From NCBI GenBank assembly GCA_963665115.1, contig OY762007.1, positions 512,001 through 576,000 of the forward strand: a stretch of 64,000 nt of DNA, given 5' to 3'. The notes beneath the pieces were generated by a model. The model made no database searches, had not been told where the DNA came from, and saw only the letters and a list, made by a program, of their open reading frames with translations. The position numbers were made by a program, and so were the translations under genes. Source of the DNA: an uncultured Rivularia sp. (lineage in GTDB: Bacteria; Cyanobacteriota; Cyanobacteriia; Cyanobacteriales; Nostocaceae). This document shows positions 52,547 to 63,113 of this stretch, piece by piece (position 1 is the first letter of the stretch; each line of letters starts with the position of its first letter).

Positions 52547-53275
52547 ATGAACCCATCAGGGGTAAAAATTATTTTAGTAGAACCAGCAGGGCCACTAAAT
52601 GTAGGCTCTATAGCGCGGGTGATGAAAAATTTTGCGCTTAAACAACTGGTTTTAGTAAACCCCCAATGCGATTATTTGGGAGAAGAAGCTACAAGAATGG
52701 CAGTTCATGCCAGAGATGTTTTAGAAACAGCAGTATGTGTAACCACATTGCCCCAAGCATTAGAAGGTTGCCTTCGAGCGATCGCCACAACAGCTAGAAC
52801 CCGAGATAATTCTCTGCTGCAAAGTCCCCGCGAAGTATTACCCTGGTTATTAGAAGCAGAATCACAACCAGCAGCATTAATATTTGGTAGAGAAGACCGA
52901 GGATTAAGCAACGAAGAATTAAACTACGCTCAAAAATTTATGCGTATTCCTACTGACTCCGGATATGCATCCTTAAATCTGGCTTCCGCTGTAGCAATTA
53001 GCTGTTACGAATTAGCACAAAATCAACCATCAACCATTGAAACTGCTGCTTTAGATAACGAAATTGCACCGATAGAGGTTGTCGAAGGATACTACGAACA
53101 GTTAGAATCGCTACTGCTGTCTATCGAATATCTATATCCTCATACTGCCAACCGTCGCATGGAAAAGTTTAGACAATTGTATAATCGCGCTCAACTACAA
53201 ACAACAGAAGTCGCTATGCTAAGAGGTATCTTACGACAGATGCAGTGGGCGATCGCACAATCCGGAAAGTTATGA
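52547..53275 (+). CDS. SPOUT RNA methyltransferase (TrmH/TrmJ/LasT group)
   Basis: NVGSIARVMKNF, FGRED.GL.NEE, SLNLA.AV. Confidence 0.9.
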   Translation: MNPSGVKIILVEPAGPLNVGSIARVMKNFALKQLVLVNPQCDYLGEEATRMAVHARDVLETAVCVTTLPQALEGCLRAIATTARTRDNSLLQSPREVLPWLLEAESQPAALIFGREDRGLSNEELNYAQKFMRIPTDSGYASLNLASAVAISCYELAQNQPSTIETAALDNEIAPIEVVEGYYEQLESLLLSIEYLYPHTANRRMEKFRQLYNRAQLQTTEVAMLRGILRQMQWAIAQSGKL

Positions 53276-53425
53276 AAACAGATGAAAGAATATTAATCAT
53301 GTGTCGCTATTATCCCCGAAAGTAAGAATAATAGCTTAAACTAAACACAAAAATGCTACAAAGGGTAATTTAAGTTCGAGAGTTCGTAGCGTATTAAAAG
53401 AATAAGTGGGTTAGAAGGAGTAGCG

Positions 53426-54952
53426 GTGTCAGAGTCAAGTTATAAATATACAGCTTCTGGACGGCGACAACCCACAAAGGGCCGTCAACGAGTGCGTAAA
53501 GTCCAAAAGCCGGGAAATGGCAAAGTAAAAGTAGTTGGAAAGCAACGTCCACCTCAACAAGGTGGAACCGTTTCACGTGTGATAATTAACCCTTCCTCTA
53601 ACACCGCGAAAAAACCTCGAAAGCGTCAAAGAGTAGAAGCACCAGCAGAGACTTGGTTAAGAAAAAAGAATGCATCTAAAGGAATGAAATCGGCTGCTGT
53701 AAACGGTAAGATTCCACCTTTAAAATTCAATAAACGAGTCACTAAAAGAGTTAAAGTATCTAACAAAACTCGCCTCAAGCCGATGGCGAGAACCATGCTT
53801 TATATATTGCGCTTATTAATCGTCGGAGTGGGTATTGGCGCAATTGTAGGTACAGCATTATCAGTATTAGATCCAGCCACTCAAAACACTACAGCTTCAA
53901 ACTCATCTAACGTCGAACAAAATCAAGCTCAAACGCCTGCCAACAATCAAGGTTTATATTTAACCCAGGAAATAATTCCTCTCAAAAGCACCATACAAAG
54001 TCTAGTTGCCGCTAACCCGAATTTGACACCGGGGATTCTTATAGCAGATTTAGATAGTGGTAACTATGTAGATTTAAACGGCAACGCTTCATTTCCAGCA
54101 GCCAGCACTATTAAATTACCCATACTTGTTGCCTTTTTCCAAGATGTAGATGCAGGAAAAATTCAACTAAATGAACCGTTAGTCATGACAAAAGAAATGC
54201 TTGCGGGTGGCTCCGGTGATATGCGGAGTAAACCAGTCGGAAGCAAATTCACCGCCTTGGAAGTCGCGGATAAAATGATGGTAATTAGCGATAACACCGC
54301 TACAAATATGCTAATTGCCCGCATGGGTGGAATAGATGCTTTAAATCAAAGATTTCGCAGTTGGGGATTAACAGCTACCACACTTCGCAATCAACTACCC
54401 GACATTCAAGGAACCAATACCACCAGCCCCAAAGAATTAGCACAAGTAATGGCAATGGTGAACAAAGGGCAATTAGTTTCAAACATGATGTCTCGCGAAC
54501 GTATACTTGACATCATGCGTCGCAACCAAAGACGGCATTTGTTACCCAAAGGTTTAGGTGCGGGAGCCAAAATAGCAAATAAAACCGGATATATTGGCGC
54601 AATGTTAGGTGATGTAGGTTTAATTGAATTACCATCCGGCAAGCGCTACGTTGCAGCAGTCATGGTACAGCGCCCCAGAAACGATCCTCGCGCAGAAACT
54701 TTAATTACTTCCGTATCTAGTTCCGCTTACCAATACTTTAATCAACCAGTGGGGATGCCAGGAATACCTGGAACCAACGTGCTTCCACCAAGCAGTAGCT
54801 CTCCTTATTTAAATAATCCATCAACGGGAACCAACACTTATCAACCTCCGCTACCGAATCCCGTTCCCAACGGTGTAAATAATCCAATGCCCATAACAAC
54901 TTATCCCAACAATGGGTACAATTCGCAGTATTATTATCCTTATCAAAGATAA
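53426..54952 (+). CDS. Membrane-anchored class A beta-lactamase-like serine hydrolase
   Basis: STIK (SxxK), SDN, KTG motifs after one TM helix. Confidence 0.88.
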   Translation: MSESSYKYTASGRRQPTKGRQRVRKVQKPGNGKVKVVGKQRPPQQGGTVSRVIINPSSNTAKKPRKRQRVEAPAETWLRKKNASKGMKSAAVNGKIPPLKFNKRVTKRVKVSNKTRLKPMARTMLYILRLLIVGVGIGAIVGTALSVLDPATQNTTASNSSNVEQNQAQTPANNQGLYLTQEIIPLKSTIQSLVAANPNLTPGILIADLDSGNYVDLNGNASFPAASTIKLPILVAFFQDVDAGKIQLNEPLVMTKEMLAGGSGDMRSKPVGSKFTALEVADKMMVISDNTATNMLIARMGGIDALNQRFRSWGLTATTLRNQLPDIQGTNTTSPKELAQVMAMVNKGQLVSNMMSRERILDIMRRNQRRHLLPKGLGAGAKIANKTGYIGAMLGDVGLIELPSGKRYVAAVMVQRPRNDPRAETLITSVSSSAYQYFNQPVGMPGIPGTNVLPPSSSSPYLNNPSTGTNTYQPPLPNPVPNGVNNPMPITTYPNNGYNSQYYYPYQR

Positions 54953-55095
54953 ATTAAATAGGGAATAGGGAATAGGGAATAGGAAATAGGGAATAAATGA
55001 TTTTACCATTGTCAGTAGATAAAGTTTTAAATCACCGATTTTGAAATAATTTCTAAGTATCTTATTCTATTACCAATTACCTATTACCATTTACC

Positions 55096-55458
55096 ATGAC
55101 TACTCCTTCAATTCAATTCTTTGCTGGCATTAACGAGAAATTAGGAAACGTTAGCTTGCGTAGTAATCCGAATACTGGAAAACGCATCGTTTTAATGACA
55201 TTTGACCAGATGCAAGCATTAGAAGAATTCAATAGCTTTAAAAAACAGTCTTTAAATTCAATGCTTTTGAAAGATGAAGAAGGCGAAATCAACGTAACCC
55301 CCTCCTCTACTAAATTCATCTTTGCTGGTGACGAAGGAGACGAATTAAAAAGAGTTGATTGTCAATTTGAAATAGAGCAAGACGAGCATTGGGAAAGATT
55401 TATGCGCTTCATGCATCGTTATGCTGATGCCAACGGTATGGCTTATGCAGACTCTTAA
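55096..55458 (+). CDS. psb28: Photosystem II assembly protein Psb28
   Basis: IQFF.G, L.DEEGEI, WERFMRFM.RYA..NG. Confidence 0.92.
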   Translation: MTTPSIQFFAGINEKLGNVSLRSNPNTGKRIVLMTFDQMQALEEFNSFKKQSLNSMLLKDEEGEINVTPSSTKFIFAGDEGDELKRVDCQFEIEQDEHWERFMRFMHRYADANGMAYADS

Positions 55459-55569
55459 AGAGTTAGGAGTTAGGAATTAGGAGTAGTAAGTTAATAGTTA
55501 AGAAATTTCTACCCCCTCTTCCCCCTCTACCCCCTCTACCCCCTCTTCCCCCTCTTCCCATCTTCCTTC

Positions 55570-56631
55570 TTAAGTCCAATATAAAATTTCAGCTTCAGGA
55601 AAACGTTCGTTTATTTCGCTTTCAAAAAATGTCCGCAATTCTTTCATGGTGTCCTTATGATAAACATATTTCACACCTCCGAATTTGTTGCGTTTAATGC
55701 TGCGGTTTGACTCATCTAAATCGAGCTTGCTGTTAGGATACCATTCCTGCAAAACTCCTTTAGAACCAGGAGTAAAGCGGTGAGTGATTAATTCAAAAGT
55801 TAAATCGCAGTCGAAATCAAGACTAGAAGAAGCAGCATCAAGCAGTTGAGTATATTCTTCCTGCCAATTTTCAATCGGCATAATCGGTGCGATAACAAAG
55901 CCAATTTTGTAACCACTATCAGCTAACTTACGAATAGCCTGCAAACGCTGCATTACAGAAGCCGTACCACCTTCCAACGTTCGGGAAATAGAAGCAGCAT
56001 TAATACTAAACCGACATCTAGTATTACCGTTATGAGGTAGAGATAAAAGATGATCTACATTTTCAAATTTTGTCACCCAACGTAAATTAGCTTTTTCGCG
56101 AGTACCAAAATAACGGATGCATTCAGCCAAACTTCCCGTTAAATGTTCTATACCCAAAGGATCGGTGTAGCAGCTAACTTCATAGCTAGTTGATTTTTCT
56201 GAATCTTCGTAATTTTTGAGATTATCTAAAATGGTCGGTAAATTAGCGTAAACTCGAATAACCGGAGGTCCTTGAAGACTGCCAGCCAAATAACAATACT
56301 GGCAATGAGCCGGACATCCCTGAGCAAGATGAAACTGCCAATCTGCTGAAGGTGGAATTGGAGTAAGTTTAAACTGACTCTTTGGTGCCGTCACAACCGC
56401 TAAAGTACGCTTAGATGTAGTGTAAGTTTCGCGTTCCGTTTCTCCCCGCAAACCAGTAATGCGATTTTGCTTGAGCTTTTTAACGGGAAGTCCCAAAGAT
56501 TCGACACGGGCCAATATCTGCTGTCCCCAATCCTCATCTAAAGCAGCGGGTGTAAATAATACTTGTTCCGGCATCCACAAACGGTGATGAGACTCGGTAG
56601 TAATAGGAAGTGACTGAGGATTGGCAACCAT
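55570..56631 (-). CDS. Spore photoproduct lyase-family radical SAM protein
   Basis: GCPAHCQYCYL, SCYTDPL..EH, TK, R.R.S.N, E.ITHRFT. Confidence 0.88.
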   Translation of the reverse strand: MVANPQSLPITTESHHRLWMPEQVLFTPAALDEDWGQQILARVESLGLPVKKLKQNRITGLRGETERETYTTSKRTLAVVTAPKSQFKLTPIPPSADWQFHLAQGCPAHCQYCYLAGSLQGPPVIRVYANLPTILDNLKNYEDSEKSTSYEVSCYTDPLGIEHLTGSLAECIRYFGTREKANLRWVTKFENVDHLLSLPHNGNTRCRFSINAASISRTLEGGTASVMQRLQAIRKLADSGYKIGFVIAPIMPIENWQEEYTQLLDAASSSLDFDCDLTFELITHRFTPGSKGVLQEWYPNSKLDLDESNRSIKRNKFGGVKYVYHKDTMKELRTFFESEINERFPEAEILYWT

Positions 56632-56831
56632 AAAAATTTAAAATAAATCTACGATAAAAAACACTGTCTCTAATTTGACAATTAAACTTAAATAATAAAT
56701 CTTCTTATAAGTAGATTTTGATAGTCTAGTAATTAGACCTTTTGATATTCAATGTAAGCGTATTTAAAATTCAAGCTTTTAGAAGGGGTTTTTGGTTCGG
56801 TTGCTACTTACCTGTCAATTGAAAGTAGGAC

Positions 56832-58337
56832 TTACAAGTTTGTAATCAACCTTGCTTTTCTAAGAAAGAATTGTAGTACAGTTTCTTCTCGGGTAATAAT
56901 ATCAGCCCTACCGTCCATTCCTAATTGGATTTGGCATTTGTTTTTAGTATGACCTAAAGCCAGAGTTTGTGGTTTAACAGTTACCTCGTATAAACTACCG
57001 GGTGCAGTTGCTTTTGAGGTATTATTTGTATCAGTAGAAGCAGCATCATTTTGTTGAGGAGCAACAGCATCTGGGGAAATCGCCTTTACCTTACCATTGA
57101 GAGTACCGTAATCTGGGTAAGGACAAGCTCCAACTCGCATTTGCACTTTTTGACCAATTTTCAGCTTACCTTTATCTTCGGAACCTACTACTGCTTTGAT
57201 AACTTTAGGAGCGAATTTAGGGACTATTTGTGCAATTTCTTCACCAGCACGTACAATTTGTCCGGGGTTTCTTAAAGCTAGCTTGGAAATAATACCCTCA
57301 GTATTAGCAGTAATAGTAGTTTGATTCATCTCTTTTTCCACTTGTTTGAGTTCGCTGTTGTCGCGAAGAAGCTGTTTTTGAGTTTCAATTCTTTGCTGAA
57401 TCAATGTTTGGTATTCTTTCTCTAAAACAGCTTTATTGGCTTTTCCTGAAGCTTTCTCTTGAGCAATGCGCTGTGAAGCAACTGCAACTTGTGCATTACT
57501 TGGATTGAGGGCTGCTTGAAAACGTTTTTGTCTGGCGATCGCCGCTTTAACAGATTGCTGTAACTGCTGTATGTTTTCTTGTTGAGCTTTAAAAGCTGCT
57601 TTTTGCGTCAAAACTGCTTGTTCTTGCTGCTTTACAGATAGTTGTGCTTCTTCCATTTGATCTTTAGAAAGCGCTCCTGCTTTGGCTACGCTATTGTATC
57701 TGTTGCGTTTAGATTTAGCTGCTCCCAATGCAGCTTGAGTAGCCTGCAATTTTGCTTGTAGCGATTGTAAGTTGGCTCTACCTTCTTGCAATTTTTCTTG
57801 AGCAATATTAACGTTAGCGCTTGCTTCTTCTAATTCGGAGACGGTAGTAATTTTTTTATTTTCATGTTCCCGACTTCTACCGCTTAATTCAGCTTTGGCT
57901 GAGGCTATAGCACGATTGATGCGGTCAGTTTCGGCTCTAATCTGACTATTGAGGGCATTAATCTGGGCATTGATTTGGACTACTTGTAATCTGGCTTGCC
58001 TAATATTGGTTTGTAGCTGACTTTTTTTAGTTTGTAAGCGGGAGTCATCAATAGTTGCAATTCTATCTCCTTTTTTCACCGCTTGATTTTCTTTGACATA
58101 AATCTGTATTACTTGTCCTTCAGTTGCTGCTTGCACAATTCGCAACTCACCAGCAGGACGAACAACAGCCTGTCCTTTAACAGTTACCTTATATTTAACG
58201 ACAGCAGCCACAGGAACAGCTAGTCCCAAAACCAAAAGAATAAACATTCCGCCAAAAGTAGTCCAGCGACTAATTGGTGGGAGAAATTCGTTTTCTTGTG
58301 CCTCTGGGAGAAAGTTTGGATCGGAGTTGCTAAGCAT
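56832..58337 (-). CDS. HlyD-family membrane fusion protein
   Basis: N-terminal TM, lipoyl half-motifs, long coiled coil, YP.YG.L.G.V..ISPD. Confidence 0.92.
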   Translation of the reverse strand: MLSNSDPNFLPEAQENEFLPPISRWTTFGGMFILLVLGLAVPVAAVVKYKVTVKGQAVVRPAGELRIVQAATEGQVIQIYVKENQAVKKGDRIATIDDSRLQTKKSQLQTNIRQARLQVVQINAQINALNSQIRAETDRINRAIASAKAELSGRSREHENKKITTVSELEEASANVNIAQEKLQEGRANLQSLQAKLQATQAALGAAKSKRNRYNSVAKAGALSKDQMEEAQLSVKQQEQAVLTQKAAFKAQQENIQQLQQSVKAAIARQKRFQAALNPSNAQVAVASQRIAQEKASGKANKAVLEKEYQTLIQQRIETQKQLLRDNSELKQVEKEMNQTTITANTEGIISKLALRNPGQIVRAGEEIAQIVPKFAPKVIKAVVGSEDKGKLKIGQKVQMRVGACPYPDYGTLNGKVKAISPDAVAPQQNDAASTDTNNTSKATAPGSLYEVTVKPQTLALGHTKNKCQIQLGMDGRADIITREETVLQFFLRKARLITNL

Positions 58338-58520
58338 GAAAAAATAGGGAGTAGGGAGTAGGGAATAGGAGACGGGGGGATGGGGAGAAAGAGTTAGGAG
58401 TTAGGAGTTACAAAACCATTTGTAGTGTTCGCATCTTGCTCCCTGGCTGTTTCATAAACAATTACCAATTACCAATTACCAATTACCAATGCCCCATGCC
58501 CCATGCCCAATGCCCAATTA

Positions 58521-60713
58521 CTAATTACTAACAACTAAAGAAGAATTGAAACCGTTTTGAGGTGAGATAAAATCATCTAAGAAATCTAAATGCTCACCTT
58601 CGATTTGACGCAGTTCTTGTGGTTTTCCTTGAATTTTTAAACGTCCATTTTCAAGCAGCACAATCCAATCAGCACGCCCGATAACTTTGGGACGGTGACT
58701 AATCATAATTGTGGTTTTATCTTGACGATAGTAAATTAGTTTATCTAATATTTGGGCTTCACTAACTGGGTCGAGAGCGCCTGTAGATTCATCTAAAATC
58801 AGTATGGGTGGCTCGGTAACAATTGCTCTGGCTATGGCTAATCTTTGTTTTTGACCACCCGAAAGATTGGCACCAAATTCACCTAAAATAGTTTGATATT
58901 TATCTGGTAGTTTGCTGATAAATTCATCTGCACCAGCAATTTGACAAGCTTTTACTATATCTTCAAAACTAATATTGGGATAACTAAAATGGAAATTTTC
59001 AATAATTGAACGACTCCAGAAATGGGGTTCTTGGGGAACTAACACTACCTGTTGTCGCAGACATTCTAAAGATAAGTCTTGTTGATTGTATACACCATAG
59101 CGGATATTACCAGATTGAACTTCGTATAAACCAGCGATTAGTTTAGCAAGGGTGCTTTTACCGCAGCCAGATTTACCGATTAAAGCAGTAACTTTACCCC
59201 CAGGAATATTTACGGAAAAATCTGCTAATAAATCAACTCTACCGGCATGGTGGAAATTAATGTTAGTACAAATAATATCTTGATTACGAGAAATTTCTGC
59301 CCAAGGCTTTTTGAAATCATTTTCATCTTCTTGGGTGGTATCGATGACTTCATTCAAACGTTGGACAACAACCTTAGCAATTACAAACTCATCAATTAAC
59401 CCAATAGCAGTACTCAGGAATCCGAGAAAGTTACCACTCATGCCATAAAAAGCCAGCAGTTGCCCGATAGATAAAGTATTACCAATTACTAAATAACTAC
59501 CCAACCAAAGTACGCCAATATTAGTTAAATTTGAAAAAATACCAGTTATTGTACTGCTATAAAGCTCCAGCTTCATAGTTTTCCATCCTACGTTCGCAAG
59601 TTTACCGTAATTTGATTGGTATTCTTGCCATGCTTGGGGTGTAGCTTGAGTGGTTTTTAGTACTTGAACCCCGCGAAAAGTCTCTACAAGAAAACCTTGA
59701 TTTTCTGTACCCAAAACAATTTGTTTGCGGCTTTGCTGGTGCATTGCTGGTAGGAAAAGCAGGTTAATAGCTGCAACCAAGATAAAAGCAATAATAGAAG
59801 CTAAAGTAAGTTGCCAGCTGTAAAACAGCATAAAGCTCAAGGAAACTATGGCGATAAAAAATTGACTGGGTAAACCAAGAACTATCTGGGAAACTAACCG
59901 ATTAACTGCACTAATATCGGCAATGCGGCTAACCACTTCCCCACTACGACGACCTTCAAAATATGATAGGGGTAAGTGCAACAGTTTGCGCCCATATTCA
60001 AAGATTAACCCTAATTGCAACCGCTGACCAAAATGACCAATTAAGTGAGCCTGTACCAAGCCAATTACACTTTTGATTAAGTTCAATGTAATTACCCCAA
60101 TTGCTACGGTGGTTAACAATTGAGTATCTCCCCGCACCAGCACATCATCGGTGAGGAGTTGCATCATAAACGGAGATGCTAAGGAAAGTAATCCTACTGC
60201 AAAGTTCATTGCAATGGCTTGAGCAAGAATAAACCGATAGGGCAAAACCCTGACCAAAAAGCGTTTAAAGCCTTGAACTTTGTCTTCCTGTTGCTGCTTA
60301 AAGCGGATATCGTCTGGTACTAACAGCAGCATAACACCGTTAAGCCAACTACTAATTAACTCCTCGTGGCTGAGATAGCGGATACCAATACCGGGGTCGG
60401 AAATTACATATTTTTTACGTTTTAATCCATACAAAACAACCCAGTGATTACCTTTCCAGTGGATAATCGCTGGTAAAGGAGCATTATGCAATTTCTTCAA
60501 AAACTCACTGCTAGCTCTGACACATTGAGTGTTGAATCCTAGAACTTCTGCACCTCGGCTCAAACCTAACAAAGAGGTTCCCCGCGAACCTGTTCCTACT
60601 GCTTCTCGCACTCGATGTATGGCAAAGTTGCGTCCATAATGTTTAGCAACAGTCGCAATACAAGCCGCACCACAGTCTTCTTCGCTGTGTTGTCGAACAA
60701 CTTGGTATTTCAT
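58521..60713 (-). CDS. Peptidase C39-containing ABC transporter (PCAT)
   Basis: Q..EEDCGAAC, HW...HWVV, DP; TMD; GKSGCGKS, LSGGQKQR, LDE. Confidence 0.94.
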   Translation of the reverse strand: MKYQVVRQHSEEDCGAACIATVAKHYGRNFAIHRVREAVGTGSRGTSLLGLSRGAEVLGFNTQCVRASSEFLKKLHNAPLPAIIHWKGNHWVVLYGLKRKKYVISDPGIGIRYLSHEELISSWLNGVMLLLVPDDIRFKQQQEDKVQGFKRFLVRVLPYRFILAQAIAMNFAVGLLSLASPFMMQLLTDDVLVRGDTQLLTTVAIGVITLNLIKSVIGLVQAHLIGHFGQRLQLGLIFEYGRKLLHLPLSYFEGRRSGEVVSRIADISAVNRLVSQIVLGLPSQFFIAIVSLSFMLFYSWQLTLASIIAFILVAAINLLFLPAMHQQSRKQIVLGTENQGFLVETFRGVQVLKTTQATPQAWQEYQSNYGKLANVGWKTMKLELYSSTITGIFSNLTNIGVLWLGSYLVIGNTLSIGQLLAFYGMSGNFLGFLSTAIGLIDEFVIAKVVVQRLNEVIDTTQEDENDFKKPWAEISRNQDIICTNINFHHAGRVDLLADFSVNIPGGKVTALIGKSGCGKSTLAKLIAGLYEVQSGNIRYGVYNQQDLSLECLRQQVVLVPQEPHFWSRSIIENFHFSYPNISFEDIVKACQIAGADEFISKLPDKYQTILGEFGANLSGGQKQRLAIARAIVTEPPILILDESTGALDPVSEAQILDKLIYYRQDKTTIMISHRPKVIGRADWIVLLENGRLKIQGKPQELRQIEGEHLDFLDDFISPQNGFNSSLVVSN

Positions 60714-60887
60714 ATATATAAATAAGTGCTTAATTTTTAAAGCAAGGGTAGTACTGAAGGGAGCATCCCAATTTTTGAATATATCGTAGTGGGAGCGTCT
60801 CGCTCCCTGGTGTTAACTAGCGAGCAAGATACTTGTCTTAGGGACACGCTACCTTATGTCATTTTTCTCCTTAATTAGATCGCAATC

Positions 60888-61018
60888 AATTTAAATAGTG
60901 ATTTTAATAACCACAATTTAACAATATTAGTTAAGCATTTAGATAAGCAATCCAATTTTTTTAGTTATTGTGTCTAAATTTTTTAGGTTTTATTTGATAA
61001 AGTGGCAGTACCACCCCT
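60888..61018. repeat. ~130 bp inverted repeat, copy A (upstream of PCAT)
   Basis: Reverse complement aligns with 62930..63055. Confidence 0.8.
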
Positions 61019-61239
61019 AAATCATTTTTCATAGTTCGGATGCTTTCGATTATTTAATAGTAACTATAAAATTGTTTAATCTTTAAATATTTTTCATGAT
61101 TATTTTATCAGTTTATCCATGAATTATAATATTTAAAGAGACTGTAGTTAATAAAGATACGGTGTATAACTATGAGCTTTTCTGATTCAAAGCAGAACAA
61201 AAATTTTGGTAATCAACATTCATCTAAATAGTTCCAAAA

Positions 61240-61475
61240 AATTTCAACCTAAAACAAGAGTTTTGACTATAATTTTCTAAGTCCACAAATTAGAACTCTT
61301 ATATAACTTAAAACTAGTGAAATTAAAAGTTTGATACGTAAGAATGTTCCGGAGATAATTGATATTGGTCTAAATTTGATTGAAGTCGAAGCTCAATTTG
61401 GTGATGCAAATTTCAGAGATTTGTTGAAAGCTGAACTTGATTGGAGTGTAAGAATAGCATCTAGATTTATGCGGT
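61240..61475 (+). pseudogene. DUF3102-like gene remnant
   Basis: FDYNFLSPQIRTLI*LKTSEIKSLIRKNVPEIIDIGLNLIEV...FRDLLKAELDWSVRIASRFM with an in-frame stop; truncated by the repeat unit. Confidence 0.6.
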
Positions 61476-61528
61476 TATATACTTACAAATATTCTCGTCT
61501 ACTTACTTAATACTGAGGTAAATAGGTC

Positions 61529-61723
61529 ATGAAATTTACTAACGACACATGGTTCCATACGTTAGTAATAGTACTAATAACTTTTGTGAGTGCCTTCATA
61601 GGTGAATTCATTCTTGAAAATGTATTTGGTATTGAGGATAAGAATCTTTTAAAGTTGCTAACGCCTTTGTTTGTTGGTTTTCCGGTTAGTTTGTATTTTA
61701 TCAAAAGAGTCAAAAGGAAGTAA
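61529..61723 (+). CDS. Small two-TM membrane protein, paralog 1 (candidate immunity protein)
   Basis: MKFTN.TWFHTLV...YF.KRVKRK; GAGGT RBS. Confidence 0.8.
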   Translation: MKFTNDTWFHTLVIVLITFVSAFIGEFILENVFGIEDKNLLKLLTPLFVGFPVSLYFIKRVKRK

Positions 61724-61819
61724 TTTTATAAGCACCTCCGACTTTAAGTCGTCGCAACAATAGCCAAGGTTTTCAGATGGCAATCCTTGCCGTCATCATA
61801 ATATTGAGGTCAATACGTT

Positions 61820-62014
61820 ATGAAATTTACTAACGCGACATGGTTCCATACGTTAGTAATAGTATTAATAGTTTTTGTGAGTTACTTCATAGCTACACTC
61901 ATCGTTGAAAAGGTATTTGGTATTAAGAAAGATTTTCTTGTAACCTCGTTCACGATGCTGCTTGCCTATGCTCCGGTTTATTTCTATTTTACCAAAAGAG
62001 TCAAAAGGAAGTAA
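61820..62014 (+). CDS. Small two-TM membrane protein, paralog 2
   Basis: Same termini and 64-aa length as paralog 1. Confidence 0.8.
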   Translation: MKFTNATWFHTLVIVLIVFVSYFIATLIVEKVFGIKKDFLVTSFTMLLAYAPVYFYFTKRVKRK

Positions 62015-62189
62015 CTTTATTTCCACCCAATTCTGATGATGTATAATAATCCTAAATAATCGTGATGTTCTCGTCGTGCAGGTTAGACAAGGTTAGTTAT
62101 AAAATTAGGACGCGATAAAAGTATCAAAATATTAGTTGCATACTTACAAATATTCTCGCCCACTTACTTAATACTGAGGTCAATACGTT

Positions 62190-62384
62190 ATGAAATTTAC
62201 TAACGACACATGGTTCCATACGCTAGTATTTGCACTAATAAGTTTTATAGCTGTGTCCATAGCTACATTCATCGCTGAAAAGGTATTTGGTACTAAGGAA
62301 GATAGACTTGTAGCCGTGCTAACAAGTGTGATTGCTAGTCCTATTCTTTATTTCTATTTTACCAAAAGAGTCAAAAGGAAGTAA
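62190..62384 (+). CDS. Small two-TM membrane protein, paralog 3
   Basis: Same termini and length; shares ~50 bp of upstream sequence with paralog 1. Confidence 0.8.
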   Translation: MKFTNDTWFHTLVFALISFIAVSIATFIAEKVFGTKEDRLVAVLTSVIASPILYFYFTKRVKRK

Positions 62385-62654
62385 TATAAGCACCAGATTA
62401 ATGATGTTGAAGTAATTATGTATGAAAAAGTTTTGGATGTTAAATAATTTTCTATGGAGTTATTTTATGCATTTATAAATGGTAATAAATGTTTTATTTT
62501 TGAGAAGATTACTTCATCTACAGAGTTACAACAAAGGGCTATAGATTTACTTGAAATTAACTTGACTTGTACCCAGTAAACTCGGAATCTAAATCTCTGC
62601 AAGCCTTGCTAAGTATACCGATATTTGTTTTGTTAAAGGAAAATTTCAGTTTAT

Positions 62655-62909
62655 ATAGCGGTTTTCACTCTTGAGCAATATAGTTTTAACCTCTCTCCTT
62701 GCAGGAGAGAGGTTTTAATTCTTACTCCCCTTCCCTTGCTCTTATGGGGCTGGGGGTTAGGTTTGTATTGCACTCAACCGAAAAGCGCTATAAGTAACTA
62801 GGTAAAATTAAATATAATACCTCACCCTGCCTCCGGCTTCCCTCTCCTTATTAAGGAGAGGGATTGAGGGTGAGGTATTATCTTATATTTAATTACATCT
62901 ACCCACTTA
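62655..62909. mobile_element. Two adjacent MITE-like elements
   Basis: TATAGCG...CGCTATA ends (~62655..62792); second element with AATTAAATATAA...TTATATTTAATT and ATACCTCACCCT...AGGGTGAGGTAT arms (~62791..62909). Confidence 0.6.
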
Positions 62910-62929
62910 GTACATATGTTTAATTCGAC

Positions 62930-63055
62930 AGGGGTAATGCTGCCACTTTATTAAAACCTAAATAATTTAGACAGAAGAACTAAAAAAATTGGATTGCTCA
63001 TCAAAGGCTTAACTAATATTGTTAAATTATGGTGATTTAATTCACCACTTAAATT
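62930..63055. repeat. ~130 bp inverted repeat, copy B (upstream of the precursor peptide gene)
   Basis: Reverse complement of 60888..61018. Confidence 0.8.
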
Positions 63056-63113
63056 TCTTGACCTATAAGAGTTAAGAAGTTCTGTAAATCATTTGAAATC
63101 AAAGGAAAAAACG

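Noticed and set aside
61478..62385. Conserved-variable-conserved units as a CRISPR or DGR cassette
   Set aside because: The units are whole coding paralogs; no reverse transcriptase and no adenine-specific pattern evident
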